A stretch of DNA of 62,341 nt, the filler included, from Squatina squatina (Eukaryota), in NCBI GenBank assembly GCA_031763465.1. It is 4 parts of 4 records of this genome, joined end to end, with 100 filler letters (N's around TTAATTAATTAA, not from the genome) between each part and the next. Parts side by side here need not be neighbours in the genome. Positions count along the whole stretch, not along the records: positions 32,674 to 47,705 come from JARFOE010000233.1; positions 47,806 to 62,341 come from JARFOE010000001.1; 2 more parts are not named here. One strand, 5' to 3'. The notes under the pieces were generated by a model, which made no database searches, was not told the DNA's origin, and worked only from the letters and a program-made list of their open reading frames with translations. Position numbers and translations under genes: made by a program. Shown in pieces: positions 36,329 to 48,958 of this stretch (position 1 is its first letter; each line of letters begins with the position of its first letter).

Positions 36329-38566
36329 CTAGACACCAGGGAAACAATTCGATAACCAAGGATAAAAAGCAAACAACAAATGTTGGCAAACTGAAACAAA
36401 AACAGTAAATGCTGGAAACACGGCAAGTCAGTCAGCGCCTATGGAGAGAAGTGATCAATTATCTTTCAGACATACATCAGAACCAAAAAAAAATGAAATA
36501 TGAACAAACATTTTAATTGAGTTAGAAGAAGTGGAAAGACTCCTGTATAGAGGAAGGATGGGTGGCCTGCTTGAAAGAAAAGCAGCAGACTAATGTAAAG
36601 ATGTCACTAACAAATGAATAGAAGCATTAAAGAAATTAAACTAATCAGAGAAACAAAGAATCTGTAAGTAGCTAAGAAAAGCAATGAGAGGCAACCCAAG
36701 GAAGATGGCAGACATTGAAAGCTCAAGTCTGAGGAGGAATTCCACCCCAGGTGTCAATCCCTCTCTGGAATGAAAACAAAGAATATAAAAGGACACAGGA
36801 AAAGAACTGGACAATGAAATTAGAATAGATCATTCCAGCTGAAGAACAAGCACTGGCAGAGTCATGATGGGCTGAATGGTCTCGCCTGTGCCACAATGGT
36901 TTTCAATGATTCCATGATAAAGCAAAGTGAGTAAAATTCTGCTTTAAAAAATTCAATTCTCCAGTAATCACAAAATAATATGGCTAAATAAGATTAAAAC
37001 CAAAATGATTAAAACTATTATAGTCTAAAGCCACAATTAAATTAGAGAGCTTGCATTGTAAAGAAACCTCCGTAGCATGATAATGAAAGACCTGAATGGG
37101 AGGCTGCCAAACCAGCACCATTAATACTGAATGAAATTACTTAAAAATATATTTCTATTGCTTTGCTAACAAGATTCAGAAGTTTGTGTGAATTAATATT
37201 TTCATACAACACTGGTGTACACAGCTATCTGAATTGTTCACTAATCTGAGCAGGACAGTTTCTCCAAATTGTTTAGATATATGATCACCCATTGCAGTAT
37301 ACAGAGTTTTTCAGTTTGCCTCATATGGACGCTGAAACAAACAAAAGGCAACCATAACTTGGGAATCAATCAAATAATAGGTTATAGCTTGACTGCTGAG
37401 AAAATAGTAGAAACTTATCTTTCACAGAACATTTATGCAGACATTATACATACTTCTAATTATTATTGTTAAACTGCATCTCCAAAATGCTAATGCCTGG
37501 ATATTCCTTTAGACTACAGCATGGCAATCCTCAAATATGTTTACCTAGTTTAATTTTTTTTAAATAATGTACTGTCATTAGTTGATTCTGAGATACACTG
37601 TGCCTAGATTGTTCCTTATATCCTGGACAGGAGCCGACCACCCCACCTCCCCCCACCCTCCCCCCCCCACCAAAGTACTGAGTATCTGGGTCATTCATAG
37701 TAAGTTTGTTGATCATTATTTAGTCCGTATTTCTTATGGGGTGGGGGGTGGGGAACAAGCTTCAAAGCCGAAGCTGAAGTGGAATCTGGATCCAGAAATG
37801 GCTAGATCAAGGAGCACAGCACAAGCAACACCTGGGAACATGGTAACTACACTGCTGGATGGGCCTTAAACAGCAGAGGAAGGTGCAGCAGATTGTTCTG
37901 GCCCAATTTAAAGAAAAGAACTAGCATTTACAAACTACCTGTAACATCCTCAGGAACATCCCAAATAGCTTCACACTCGATGAATTACTATTAAATTGTA
38001 GTCTCTGTTATTACATGGGCAAATGCAACAAAGTCCAGTTGAACTTGTCTTTGAAAATCAGCAATGATTTCTAACTATACAATTAAAAGTTTTATATTTC
38101 TGTTGGAACATCACACTATGGATGTCACGCATTAAATGTGCGTGTAGTGTCATTCGGGCAAGCAGAAGGTTGGGGCTCGAACAACAAGGGAGCAGCAGCT
38201 GGGAGGCCCAGGGAGCCAGGAGCCAAGGCCAGAGAAACGGCGGAGCGGGAAGCGAGAGGCCCAGGGATACAGAAGCCGGCAGCCGAGGCGCAAGGGAGCG
38301 AGGCAAGCGTGGCTCAAGCAACAAGGACCATCAGGCCCAAGGAGCCGGAGGCTGAGGCTGAGAGTCCGGGGATCCTACAGCCCGGGCAATCAGAGGCTGA
38401 TGCAGGGGCAGAGAAGGTGGAGGCGATCATGTGTTTGCTTGTCAGTTAGCCTGTTGAGCAGAGCCTNNNNNNNNNNNNNNNNNNNNNNNNNNNNNNNNNN
38501 NNNNNNNNNNNNNNNNNNNNNNNNNNNNNNNNNNNNNNNNNNNNNNNNNNNNNNNNNNNNNNNNNN

Positions 38567-39440
38567 AGTGCTCCAACACCCGCTGGCGGATCCGCCGGAG
38601 GTAGTGGGGGCAGTCGGCGGGGACCAGGTCGGCCTTGTTGACCAGCACCAGCACGGGATTGCGCTCGCCCACCAGCTGCCGCATTCCGGGGATGATGCCG
38701 CCGCTCAGGTCCAGCAGGTCCAGCATGTAGAGCACCAGCGCCTTCTCCCCGGCGACGCGGCCCACCAGGCGCCGGTACTCGCCCAGGGGCACCCGCACCT
38801 CCAGGGCCTTCTGGTGGTGGAGCAGCAGGAAGCAGCGCTGGCACACCGAGCGCTGCAGGGTGCCGGCCTCCAGCAGCCGCTTGTACTTCTCGCTCGGCAG
38901 GTAGCCGGCCAGCGCCGGCTCGACGCAGTGCAGCAGGGCGCCGCAGCCCGAGCAGGGGCAGCCGCTGGCCGGCTGCAGGGGGTCGGCGGTGCCGTACACC
39001 CGGTGCTGGCCAGGCACGGCCCGCCGCTTCTTGCGGGATGGCAGCTCGGGCGCTCGGAAGCCCGGGTCGCTCACCTGCGGCTCGCCTCCGGGTGGCAGGT
39101 TGAGCGCCTCCAGGGCCAGCAGCTGGCGGCGCAGAGCCCCGCGCCAGGCCGAGGCCTTGGAGCTGGCCGTCGCCTCCTCTGCGGTCGGTGCCATCTCGTC
39201 GCTCATTGCCGCCTCCTCATCCTCATCGAGCCCGGCTGCGTATTCCACAAACACCATCTCCTCCGGCCTCTCGGGCTCCACCGCCGCGTACCCCCGGGCC
39301 GTTCTCGCTCGCCGTCCAGGAGCCAGGCTGGAGCACGGACGCCGCCACCGCCAGGCTGACAGGTCGCCCGCGCACACGGCGTGTCTCACAAACCAACAGA
39401 CAGCGGCCCGCGCCATTCCCCGTCCGGGGACCAACAACAT
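38567..39440 (-). CDS. NOA1: NOA1 exon 1 (truncated by a gap), within a CpG island
   Basis: ATG at 39440. Arg/Ala-rich mitochondrial-presequence-like N-terminus, zinc finger CSGC...CQRC, VLYMLDLLD and NKAD (G4 ahead of G1, as in YqeH/NOA1). Confidence 0.94.
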
Positions 39441-39486
39441 GGACGCCGACCTTCTTCCCGCCGGGCGCAGTGCCCTCACGCGCCCC

Positions 39487-39498
39487 CGCGCATGCGTG
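39487..39498. promoter_or_regulatory. NRF1-like site about 50 bp upstream of the NOA1 ATG
   Basis: CGCGCATGCGTG, one mismatch to YGCGCAYGCGCR, at the CpG-island edge of a nuclear-encoded mitochondrial gene. Confidence 0.55.
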
Positions 39499-39794
39499 CC
39501 CCATTGATAGATTTGCCAAGTCAGCCAAGTGTGGTCGGTTGGTACATCAACCATTATACTTTCTACTCCAACTCTTCAAACATTTGCCACGTTAATTTTA
39601 ATTTAGAATTCTAAAGAATCCCTTTTAAATTTTAGACTTGGAAATCCTCTTCTTCATAGGCAGTCCCTCGAGGTCAAGGATGACTTGCTTCCATTCTGGA
39701 GTTGTGGGTTCTGAGGTGACTAAATAGTCCTATCCGGGATCTCCAAACTCTACCACAGGTGGGGCAGGTGGTGTTTGATGGGGTAAATGCCAAC

Positions 39795-39950
39795 TATTAC
39801 ATTGTCATTTGTGGATCCTTGCTGTGTGCTAACTGGCTGCTGCATTTCCTACATTACAACAGCATCTACACTTCAAAAGTACATCATATAAAAGTGATTT
39901 GGAACATTCTGAGGTCATGAAAGGTGCGATTCTATATGTAACTTTCTTTT
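39795..39950 (+). mobile_element. 3' part of SacSINE1/Deu-type SINE
   Basis: tttgtggatccttgctgtgtg...tttcctacattacaacag...acacttcaaaagtac...gaggtcatgaaaggtgc. Confidence 0.8.
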
Positions 39951-40989
39951 TGACCAATTCCGAAGGCCGGTGCTCTCTCTGTCGGTGAGGAATTATGAAT
40001 CAATTACGTGGATGAAAATATATTTCGCTAACTAATTACCATCTGTAATCAACAATCAGCAGTGAGCAACATGGGCACACAGCAGGACAGAGAATTTTCA
40101 TGAAGTACAAGCTCTTATAATTTTCTACATTGCTTTATTATTGTTAGTTATTATTGCCAGCAGCCTTATTAATATTTGTCAGGGTCCAGCATGATCTGTG
40201 GATAATCTTGAAATGTAACATCTGGTCCTTAACTCTGTCCTCAGCATATATATGCCCACATTTGTTTTTCATAATGGGATAGAAACATAGAAAAATAGGT
40301 GCAGGAGTAGGCCATTCGGCCCTTCGAGCCTGCACCGCCATTCAATATGATCATGNNNNNNNNNNNNNNNNNNNNNNNNNNNNNNNNNNNNNNNNNNNNN
40401 NNNNNNNNNNNNNNNNNNNNNNNNNNNNNNNNNNNNNNNNNNNNNNNNNNNNNNNCTTCTGTGTCTCAGGTACCTCATGTGATGTCGGTGGAGTTCCCAA
40501 TCGACCACTAGTGCAGCACCCATGGCGAGTAGCCCCAATTTTTTTCACTGTCAAAAATTGTGACGACACTCCAAATAAAAGTCTGCAGAGTCTCTATGTG
40601 AGCCACTAAAGGACGAAATCCTGCGATATCCGCCTAAGCGAGCCGAGATACAAATTCAGAATGCAGCCCACTCCCAGGGCTTTAAATAGCGTTACAAATC
40701 ATAAGATTAAGAAAAAAATGGGCGTTGACACCGCTAGTTTTAAGGCTCATCAGCCTGATTGAATTTGTCAGCTGGTGGCCACTTTGGGCGTTGCATCTAC
40801 TGATGACATCATTGACAGCACCTAGCGCTGGACACTGAGTTTCCAGCCCTAAAGGTTTAACGCCCATTTAGCACCAGCATTAAGGGGGGATGAATTTCCC
40901 ATCAGTAAACTTAGTGCCCAAAATCGGCGTTAGGCTGTTAACGCCGATTTAACGCCCCAAAAAAAGGACGAATTGGCCGCTCCAAGTCT

Positions 40990-41340
40990 ACGTCCCGTGG
41001 ACTTAAGGCAGTGGAGTTGAGGGCCAAATCAGAGAAATGATCAGGGTGAGAGAGAGTAATGATATTAATGAGGACTAAGGCAAAAATGGTGGAGGTGAGT
41101 GTTTGATTGAGCAGATCAGTAGCTGCAAAAATGTTATGGTGAATAGTGGGCCAGAGGTGAGAGAGTTGGAAATTTGAAAGTGCAGTTGTAAGTGATTTGG
41201 GTAAAGTTCTTTCTATGGGTACACATAGAAGGAAGCGGAGTTGGGAGGGGGAATGGGGTTGGAGTGGAGAGCGGTACGAGGAAGCGATCAGAGATGGCCT
41301 TACCTGTGATTGACATGATGGGAGTAACATTAGAAAGCAT
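40990..41340 (-). mobile_element. L2-type LINE ORF2 fragment, degraded
   Basis: Purine-rich plus strand. The minus strand gives a decayed L2 endonuclease/RT linker-like peptide (AATDLLNQTLTST). Confidence 0.55.
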
Positions 41341-43153
41341 CTGCGTGCTCCCGACAGAGCAAATGCTCCGACAACATCTCAGCTATGGAGCTGAAGAGCT
41401 GCACACCACAACTAGCCACATCCTTGGTTAGGCTGTTCCAGTGTAGCTATGACATTGCCATTTACCCAACAATGTGGAAAATTGCCCAGGTATGTATTAT
41501 CCACTAAAAATAGAATTGGGCCGATTTTTGTATTCACAGCACCCCAATTCAGGGTGCTAATGGGATGGTAGCAATGGGATAAATAAGTTCTTACTGGTAG
41601 ATCTTCTCCTATCTCTTCAATCACTCTACTCCCATCATAATTGGTCAATTTTTCTGTTTTTGAAACACATAACTGCCTGACTCAATTACAGCAAATGGGA
41701 CACTTTAAATAGAATAAGTGGGTAAATCTGACGGGATTTTCATTTGTCTCTTTTACATTGTTCACCTTCATTGCTATCTGTTTCTCTTCTCGTGGTTGAT
41801 CATATGTTTGCTGAAACTCGTGTTCACAGCCGCAGCTCTTTTATCAACAACTCTTTGTCTCTCACTGCAGATGCTGCCTGACCTGCTAAGTGCATCCAGC
41901 ATATTATATTGTTATTATGGATGAATTTACGCTCACGTAAGTTGCAAAATAGATCTAAATCTGCATAACATAATTTCTACAGCATGTTACTGACAACCTT
42001 AATTTGAGATTCTATTCATGAGGGCATATAAGGCCAGACCATGGGTTTCAGAACTTTACTTAATGTTTCCGGGAGCCAATTTTCAAGAGATTGAAACAAT
42101 AACTGTAAAAAGGTATCACTGTTCTTGTTCACAACATGAACCACCATCATGTTGTGATGAACAAGTGGTGAGAAACAAGGGCTACATTTTAACCTGGAAG
42201 AGCGCACGGGTTTGGGTGCGGGTAGGGGGTTAAAACCGGGAAAAATGCCAGCGCGTCAGGAAGCCAGCCCCAGCCCATCGACTTCCGCATTTAAATCGAA
42301 CGCATTAGACTCCATGCACACAACCCCAACTCGTGAGAGGCGGGTTACCATTTGCCATATGTTAATTGCTCAATTAGAGTGATAGTAACACACATTTTGA
42401 CTTTAATGTCAGGACGACGGGTTTCCCAGGTTTCCTGAAATTCGTCAGTGAAAGCAAGGCAAGTACAGAATGGAAATTGAGGGGCTGAATCAATCTCAGG
42501 GAAATATGCTAATAACTACTCCGGCCACAGCTGCTTTCTTACTTTCTTGTGGGAAAGGGTTTGTTGACAGTATGTTTGCTGAGATGTTACTTTCTACACT
42601 TTAGTGGCTACTTGCTACACTTTGGAGGTTACTTTCTGCACTTTGGAGGTTTGTTCTATTACATCAGGATGGGTGCCACTTATGCTCTGCCTNNNNNNNN
42701 NNNNNNNNNNNNNNNNNNNNNNNNNNNNNNNNNNNNNNNNNNNNNNNNNNNNNNNNNNNNNNNNNNNNNNNNNNNNNNNNNNNNNNNNNNNNTGAACGCA
42801 ATTGGCCAAAAGTTTTCATTTATTTAGTCTGATCTTATGCTCAGACCAAAGTCCCAGCTGAGTTCGGAATTCCTCGGTTACACTAGCCCAGATGTTTCAT
42901 TCTGGATGCCTCACGCCAGCCCCAGAGCAGCGCAACCTTTGACTCCGATTCCAAAATGATCTGAGTTGTCTCCGGGATATGAAAGAAGTAATAGATATTT
43001 TAGGATTTTAAAAGAGTTTTGTCAGTCTCTCAAAAATCCCCACTTCATGGTGGAACACCCTAACCCTAAATGCTGTCCCGAACTCTAGAGGTCACTTAGT
43101 TCAGGGGCCACGTCCAGCTTCTGACGAGTTAGGTCATCACAGCAGTCAGCCTT

Positions 43154-43770
43154 CAACAACAACAACAACTTGCGTTTAGAAAGCACCTTTAACATAGAAA
43201 AATGTCCCAAGGTGTATTCTGGAAAAAAAGTATGCTGAGCCAATGAAGGAGATATTGAGATGGGTGACTAAAAGCTTGGTTAAAAAGGTAGATTTTAAGG
43301 ATGGCCTTAAGGGAGGAACGAGAGATGGAAAGGTGGAGGGGTTTAGGAGGGGAATTCTAGAATGGGGGTCTGAGCAGCTGAAGGCATGGCCACCATGGCG
43401 AGATGAATTGGAAGTGTATATCACAGAAACAATGGAGAGGTGCTGCAGAGGTAGAGCTGGGTATCAGCAGCGTACTTGCAGAAGCTGACCCCATATCTAT
43501 AGATGATGTGGCCAAGGGCCAGCATGTAGATGAGGTAGATGAAGGGGCCAAGGATAGATCTCCCGGGACACCAGAGATAACTGTGTGGGAGCAGTCCCAC
43601 TGAGGTGGACAATGAAGGAGAACTCTTGGAGCAGGATGGTGTGGTTGCTCATGCCAGAAGGTCAAGGAAAACTAAGGAAGGTTAAGGCACCGTGATCACA
43701 GTCCTTTGTTACTTTGATTTGGGCTGTTTTGCTGTTGTGGCAGGAGCAGAAACCTGATTGGAGAGATTTA
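43154..43770 (-). mobile_element. L2 LINE fragments with RT core and (GTT)n tail
   Basis: Minus strand SILGPFIYLIYML..GVSFCKYAADTQLYL (YADDTQLY motif), and tail ttgggacattt..aaaggtgc..gcaagttgttgttg. The same tail occurs at 4465-4522 and about 47806-47930. Confidence 0.85.
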
Positions 43771-44784
43771 GGAGGCGACATTTTTAATATTTACAAAATC
43801 AGAGAGAACAAGTTAGAATTATCGGTAGTTTTCATCTTTACAGCACCAGGCACAGTTTCCTGGTCCCAAACTTACACTGGGAATTTGAGCACATGCCTGA
43901 ATTCCTGATCTGCACATCCATTGTGTGAAGCTGAATGCCAGGGGTATGAAAGAGGAAAACTTAAGCTCTGGGCATCTGGGAAAGAGGTGGTATGGTGAAA
44001 TGAGATACAACCATGAAAATTGGACTTATCTTGAACTGATTCCATCAAANNNNNNNNNNGTCCGACTCCCAAAAATCCACCATCACCTCCCAGAGACCTC
44101 ATTTTACCCTTTGCCCAGTTTTCCTTCGAACTGTTGCCCATCTCCTGAAGCAGCAATTCATGCTGGTGGTAGGTGGGTGGTGCATTATCAGGGATATTTC
44201 CACCCACAAAGGTACACTTCATAGGCAGCCTAGACATGGGGCACCACAGGGTGTTCAACCAAATCAGCAGGTTGAGCCTAGTTCTCAACCGGTACTCACA
44301 ACATGCTCGCATGCTTCCAGCAGGGATTACTGAAAGTGACCGAGAGTGAGAACCCTGGCCATGTTTTCCCCTACTTCTCCCAGGGACGTTGCTGTAAGTT
44401 ATGCAACCCCAACAATGTCATGGCCGAACTAGCTCGACAAAACCAACGATCGAAGCTGGGACTTTTCTGACCTGACCGGGTCAGCATTTACCCACTGGCT
44501 TGCTGAAAGGATGGGAAGATACCCTTTCCAACTGAGAATCAACGCTTGACCTATTTCTGAGTGAAGAAAATAAAAGATAAAACTAACACTGCAACCACAA
44601 AAAATGATCTCTACGTCTGTAATCTGTTTTAGGGAATTTCCAGAATGGCCACCAAGCATTTATGACAAGGGCAGGGAACCAATTACAAACCGTTTCTGAA
44701 CTAGGAACAATATATATATATATTCAAATGTTGAGTGGAAAGATTCCCCACGCCCCCGTCCCCAACCCAGAGTGCCTGACTTAC

Positions 44785-44981
44785 CGGCTGTTTAGGCAGC
44801 AGTATATGATGGGGTTGTGCATGTTGGAACTCATTGCCAGTAAGAACACAGCTAAGTAAACCTGTTGTATGGGCTTCCAGCTGCCGACTTGTGGGTACTG
44901 CTTGGTCACGATAAAGAAGATGTGGTAGGGCAGCCAGCAAATGGTAAAGGTGAACACCACCACAATCATCATTTTAACAAT
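44785..44981 (-). CDS. TACR3: Tachykinin receptor (TACR3-like) exon 4, TM6-TM7
   Basis: ctgtag|...|gtaagt, 197 nt; [23 protein letters not shown]...[29 protein letters not shown]. Clearly a tachykinin receptor; subtype is less certain. Confidence 0.8.
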
Positions 44982-45259
44982 CTACAGGAGAAGTGCAGAT
45001 AAGAAAGTTTATTATAATCAAAGAAGCTGCGTTTTCATTATTTCTAACCAGATGGCAAAGTGACGTAACTCACATCTGAAAAGGAAAGAAGCTCATTTAT
45101 ACAGCGCCTNNNNNNNNNNNNNNNNNNNNNNNNNNNNNNNNNNNNNNNNNNNNNNNNNNNNNNNNNNNNNNNNNNNNNNNNNNNNNNNNNNNNNNNNNNN
45201 NNNNNNNNNGGCCTGCTGAGGATCTCCAGCGTTTTCTGTTTCAAGCTCCCCGCCCTTAC

Positions 45260-45678
45260 CTGTCCACAGCGACCGCGGCCATGGAGTAGATGCTGGCGAA
45301 CATGGCGGCGATGGGGAAGAAGTTGTGGAAGCGGCAGTAAGTCTCCCCGAAATACCAATCGTTGTGAACGGCGTAAATGAAATTGACCAAGGTGTTGAAG
45401 GCGGCCATGGAGGCGTCCGAGAAGGCGAGGTTTACCAGGAAATAGTTCGTCACCGTCCTCATCCTCTTGTGAGCCAAGATGATCCAGATGACGATGAGGT
45501 TGCCAAAGACCGCCACTGCCACCACCGAGCCATAGGCTATGGACCAGAGGGCGATCTGCCAGGAGGGCTGCACGAACTGGTTGGTGGAGTTCGCCAGAGG
45601 CAGTGGGCTCTGGTTGGAGGAACTTGCCTGGCTCTGGTTGACCCAAATGCTGGTGTAATTTGGTGTCAAAGTGTCCAT
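45260..45678 (-). CDS. TACR3: Tachykinin receptor 3 (neurokinin B receptor) first coding exon, N-terminus to TM3
   Basis: aagATGG start context; [14 protein letters not shown]...[35 protein letters not shown]...AVDR|gtaagg, closest to NK3R. Confidence 0.9.
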
Positions 45679-46083
45679 CTTCTTGGCAGATGTTGACCGA
45701 GTTCTGAGTTCCAACCCAATGTTCTTGTGGTTGGTGGGATGACCTCTCTGGAGGCTGTGGGTTAGCGAGATGCCAACTGTGGTCGACCGGCGTCTCTTAC
45801 CTTGCCATCCAGATGGAGCCAGCCCCAAGTCCGGACTCCGGCAGAGGAACAGATCCCGCTTCTTTGAATCTCTGCGGGGAGGGGGCGAACGCGTAGTTTG
45901 ATGCAATGACACATCCTGGGCGTGGATAGGCTGAGATCAGCCAGAGCCCACCCCTCCAGCCTGCGCTTGGCACACAGCGAGANNNNNNNNNNNNNNNNNN
46001 NNNNNNNNNNNNNNNNNNNNNNNNNNNNNNNNNNNNNNNNNNNNNNNNNNNNNNNNNNNNNNNNNNNNNNNNNNNNNNNNNNT

Positions 46084-47460
46084 CCATGTTGCAACCCCTA
46101 TAGCTTCAGCAGAGGCTGCTCAGATCCCTGCTTTGACTGCTGAGATATTGCTGGCAGACATTCTCTGGGCTTTGAAGCCCTTGAGGGCTCTACCAAAGAT
46201 TGCTCTACCTGCATCTGTACAGGGGCAGCCATTGGGAGATGAGGCAACATGTGGACTACAGACTTAGGGGGGCAGTGGGTGAGAATTGGAAGCGCTTTGA
46301 GTGGAGTCCCCACTTCTATGACCCCTATCATCATCATCCCTCTCATGGCCCAACTGCACTTCACTGCTGGCACTGTGCGGGAGAACACTTTGGTGCAGAT
46401 CAGCACAGCCCTGTAAGGACAAGGCTAAGGTATATGTTGACCTATTTACGGCGGCAGACAAGTTGGCATTCAGAGTCTGCACAGTGGTATGTAAGGCGTG
46501 CATGGACTCATTTGATTGGAGTTGTCCATGGCGTTGGCCACTCTATCCATGGAAGCAGACGCCATCTCAATGGCCTACGACATGCCCCCCACCCATGCTT
46601 GGTTTGTACTTCTCCATTCTCTCTGCAATCACAGTGAATGTACTTTGAAGGCCTGTCAGTGCATTGAACATTGTCTGCTGCTGCTCAATGATTCTCCTCT
46701 TCAACGACGGCCCCTGGGGTACAGCATCTGTTTCCAACTGAGCAGAGCTTGGAGAGGGCTGCGCCCTCCAATGCAGAGTCTCCACAGCTGTCCCTGCAAC
46801 CAATGTCAGCTCTTGCTCACTTGAGAAGTGTGGTTCATCAGGTGAAAACTCAACTATCTGCTTAACTGGACCAACCAAAGTGCGAGTACCTGAGCTGGTG
46901 CATGGTAAACATGAGTCCTGTGATGGTGCACCCTCAGAAGGAATCTGCTCCTTCTGAGGATTCATCGTCTGGGAGTTCCACCGACTGCTGCTGCACACAT
47001 TCACGTGAAGGCCCTGGCGGAGAAAAAGATATGAATTAGTACTTGCAAGGTAAGAATATTGCAACTTATCATTATGACGGTTATATATTTCACCCACTGC
47101 TAAAATCATTCAATATGACTGAATGTTATATGACATGTTGGTCGATGATATTTAATTCTTTCACCGGGTAGCTTGGAGGTTCCTATCTCTCCACCTCCAA
47201 TGGTCAGGGATGTTGCGATGCCACTGATCTCTAGTTCTTCCTCCTCTGCAGTTGTCAGCTGTGAGATTTGTAGAGGACCATCTCCAGTTCTCTAGTTCTC
47301 CGTAGTGTCTGCGCTCTATTCTCCTGCAACGGGAGAAAGAGCAGATCTATTAGAGACTGTGATGGCATACGTTCACCCAATGGATTCAGTGTATTTAGTG
47401 AGGGTGACTATCAAGGAGAGATGTCAAATTGCATAAGGATCACGGTGAGTGGCAGTGGTG
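46084..47460 (-). mobile_element. Degraded fragment of a probable PIF/Harbinger-type transposon (Myb/SANT accessory gene remnant)
   Basis: AG/GT-bounded, frameshifted segment 47165-47323 reads ENRAQ../RTGDGPLQISQLTTAEEEELEI, resembling the RTGGGP end of Harbinger Myb/SANT-like domains. A coiled-coil-like remnant follows (RRIIEQQQTMFNAL). Confidence 0.45.
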
Positions 47461-47705
47461 GATTGATAGATTCCTAGCTTTTTTCAACTCTGATGAAGGA
47501 TCATCGACCCGAAACGTTAACTCTGTTTTTCTCTCCACAGATTTTCCCTGACCTGCTGAGTTTTTCCAGCATTTTTTGTTTGCATACTAATTATTTAGTC
47601 CTTCNNNNNNNNNNNNNNNNNNNNNNNNNNNNNNNNNNNNNNNNNNNNNNNNNNNNNNNNNNNNNNNNNNNNNNNNNNNNNNNNNNNNNNNNNNNNNNNN
47701 NNNNA

Positions 47706-47805
47706 NNNNNNNNNNNNNNNNNNNNNNNNNNNNNNNNNNNNNNNNNNNNTTAATTAATTAANNNNNNNNNNNNNNNNNNNNNNNNNNNNNNNNNNNNNNN
47801 NNNNN
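47706..47805. other. Artificial scaffold-concatenation spacer (N44-TTAATTAATTAA-N44)
   Basis: Same structure; 12-mer at 47750-47761. It is preceded by a 100-N gap and a one-base 'contig' (A at 47705). Confidence 0.97.
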
Positions 47806-48101
47806 CTTGGTCAAATGCCCTAATATCTCCTTACATGGCTTGTGTCAAATTTTTTCCGATATTGTTCCTGTGAAGAGCCACGGGACGTTTTACTATATTA
47901 AAGGCGCCACATAAATACAAATTGTTATTGAATTGTTATTAGTGACTATTTTGTATTGATGGCCGCATAGTTTTGGACATTTCAAAACACCTTTCCTACT
48001 AGATCATAATATTGAGTCCCCGTATCCTGTAAGGGGGGGAAGTTGTGCATCATCGGGCTGCTTTTATTTGCAGGAATTAACCCTTGGCTTTCTTGCACCA
48101 G

Positions 48102-48259
48102 CTCAAGAACAAGTTCATGAAGAAACTCCCGCGTGATGCTGAGGCCTCCAATGTGCTGGTGGGTGAAGTGGACTTCCTGGACTCTCCGTTTATTGCTTTT
48201 GTGCGTCTGCAGCAAGCTGTGATGCTGGGCGCTCTGACTGAGGTCCCCGTACCGACCAG
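48102..48259 (+). CDS. SLC4A4: SLC4A4 (NBCe1) exon, cytoplasmic domain
   Basis: caccag|...|gtgagc; [53 protein letters not shown], near-identical to NBCe1. Not shown in the ORF track. Confidence 0.95.
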
Positions 48260-48958
48260 GTGAGCGAACGACGGTGACCCCTCCCGTTAGTCTTGGCAAA
48301 GATGGTTCAGCAAACCTGTTCCATCATCAGCCATGGCTCAGTGGGTAGCGCAGAGAGTTATCACATGGTTTGCTACGTGGTTTAGTGTGAGCACGCTCGG
48401 TTCACTCTGGGCTAACAAAGCAAGCACATGGACCAGCAACTCATCGTGTTTCTGTCCTCCATTTGTTCTACCCACATACATTGCAGTCTCTTTTATTGTT
48501 TCTGTTTATATTGTTTTAAATCGTTTTTCTGCTGATGTATACAGTCAGTTCAAGTGTGTATTGTCTATGCTTTCTCTCAGCTATGAAATTTAAATCAAAT
48601 ACATCCTTGCTATATTACATACATGCTTAAATTGCTTAAGTGTATTACCGATATCCATAAGCAAAACAGGTAGGGAAAAAGAAACAGGCAGTTGGTACTT
48701 GCAATCAATGAAGAGCACTGCACAAATACAAACTCCAAGGGTGAATTTTCACTTTGTGCCATAGTGTAACTCAGATGACGGTGAATCGGAAACCTGTTTT
48801 ACATCTCTCCCAATTTTTAGTTCCATTGAACCCATCCCCTATGATTCACCATCACTTGTTTTACATATTCCACAATATCAAAATCTACCCCAAAATGTCA
48901 AATGCAGATTGTAACTGTATAAAACCTGCCAGTTTTCCAACATATTGAACTCTCTCAC

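Noticed and set aside
38400-39595. Long overlapping plus-strand ORFs opposite NOA1, including an MDADLL start superficially like the POLR2B N-terminus
   Set aside because: Shadow ORFs of GC-rich coding sequence; no continued similarity to POLR2B.
42018-42233. Cys-rich 71-aa ORF as a secreted peptide
   Set aside because: No signal peptide, no family I recognise, and the 3' end runs into a repeat.
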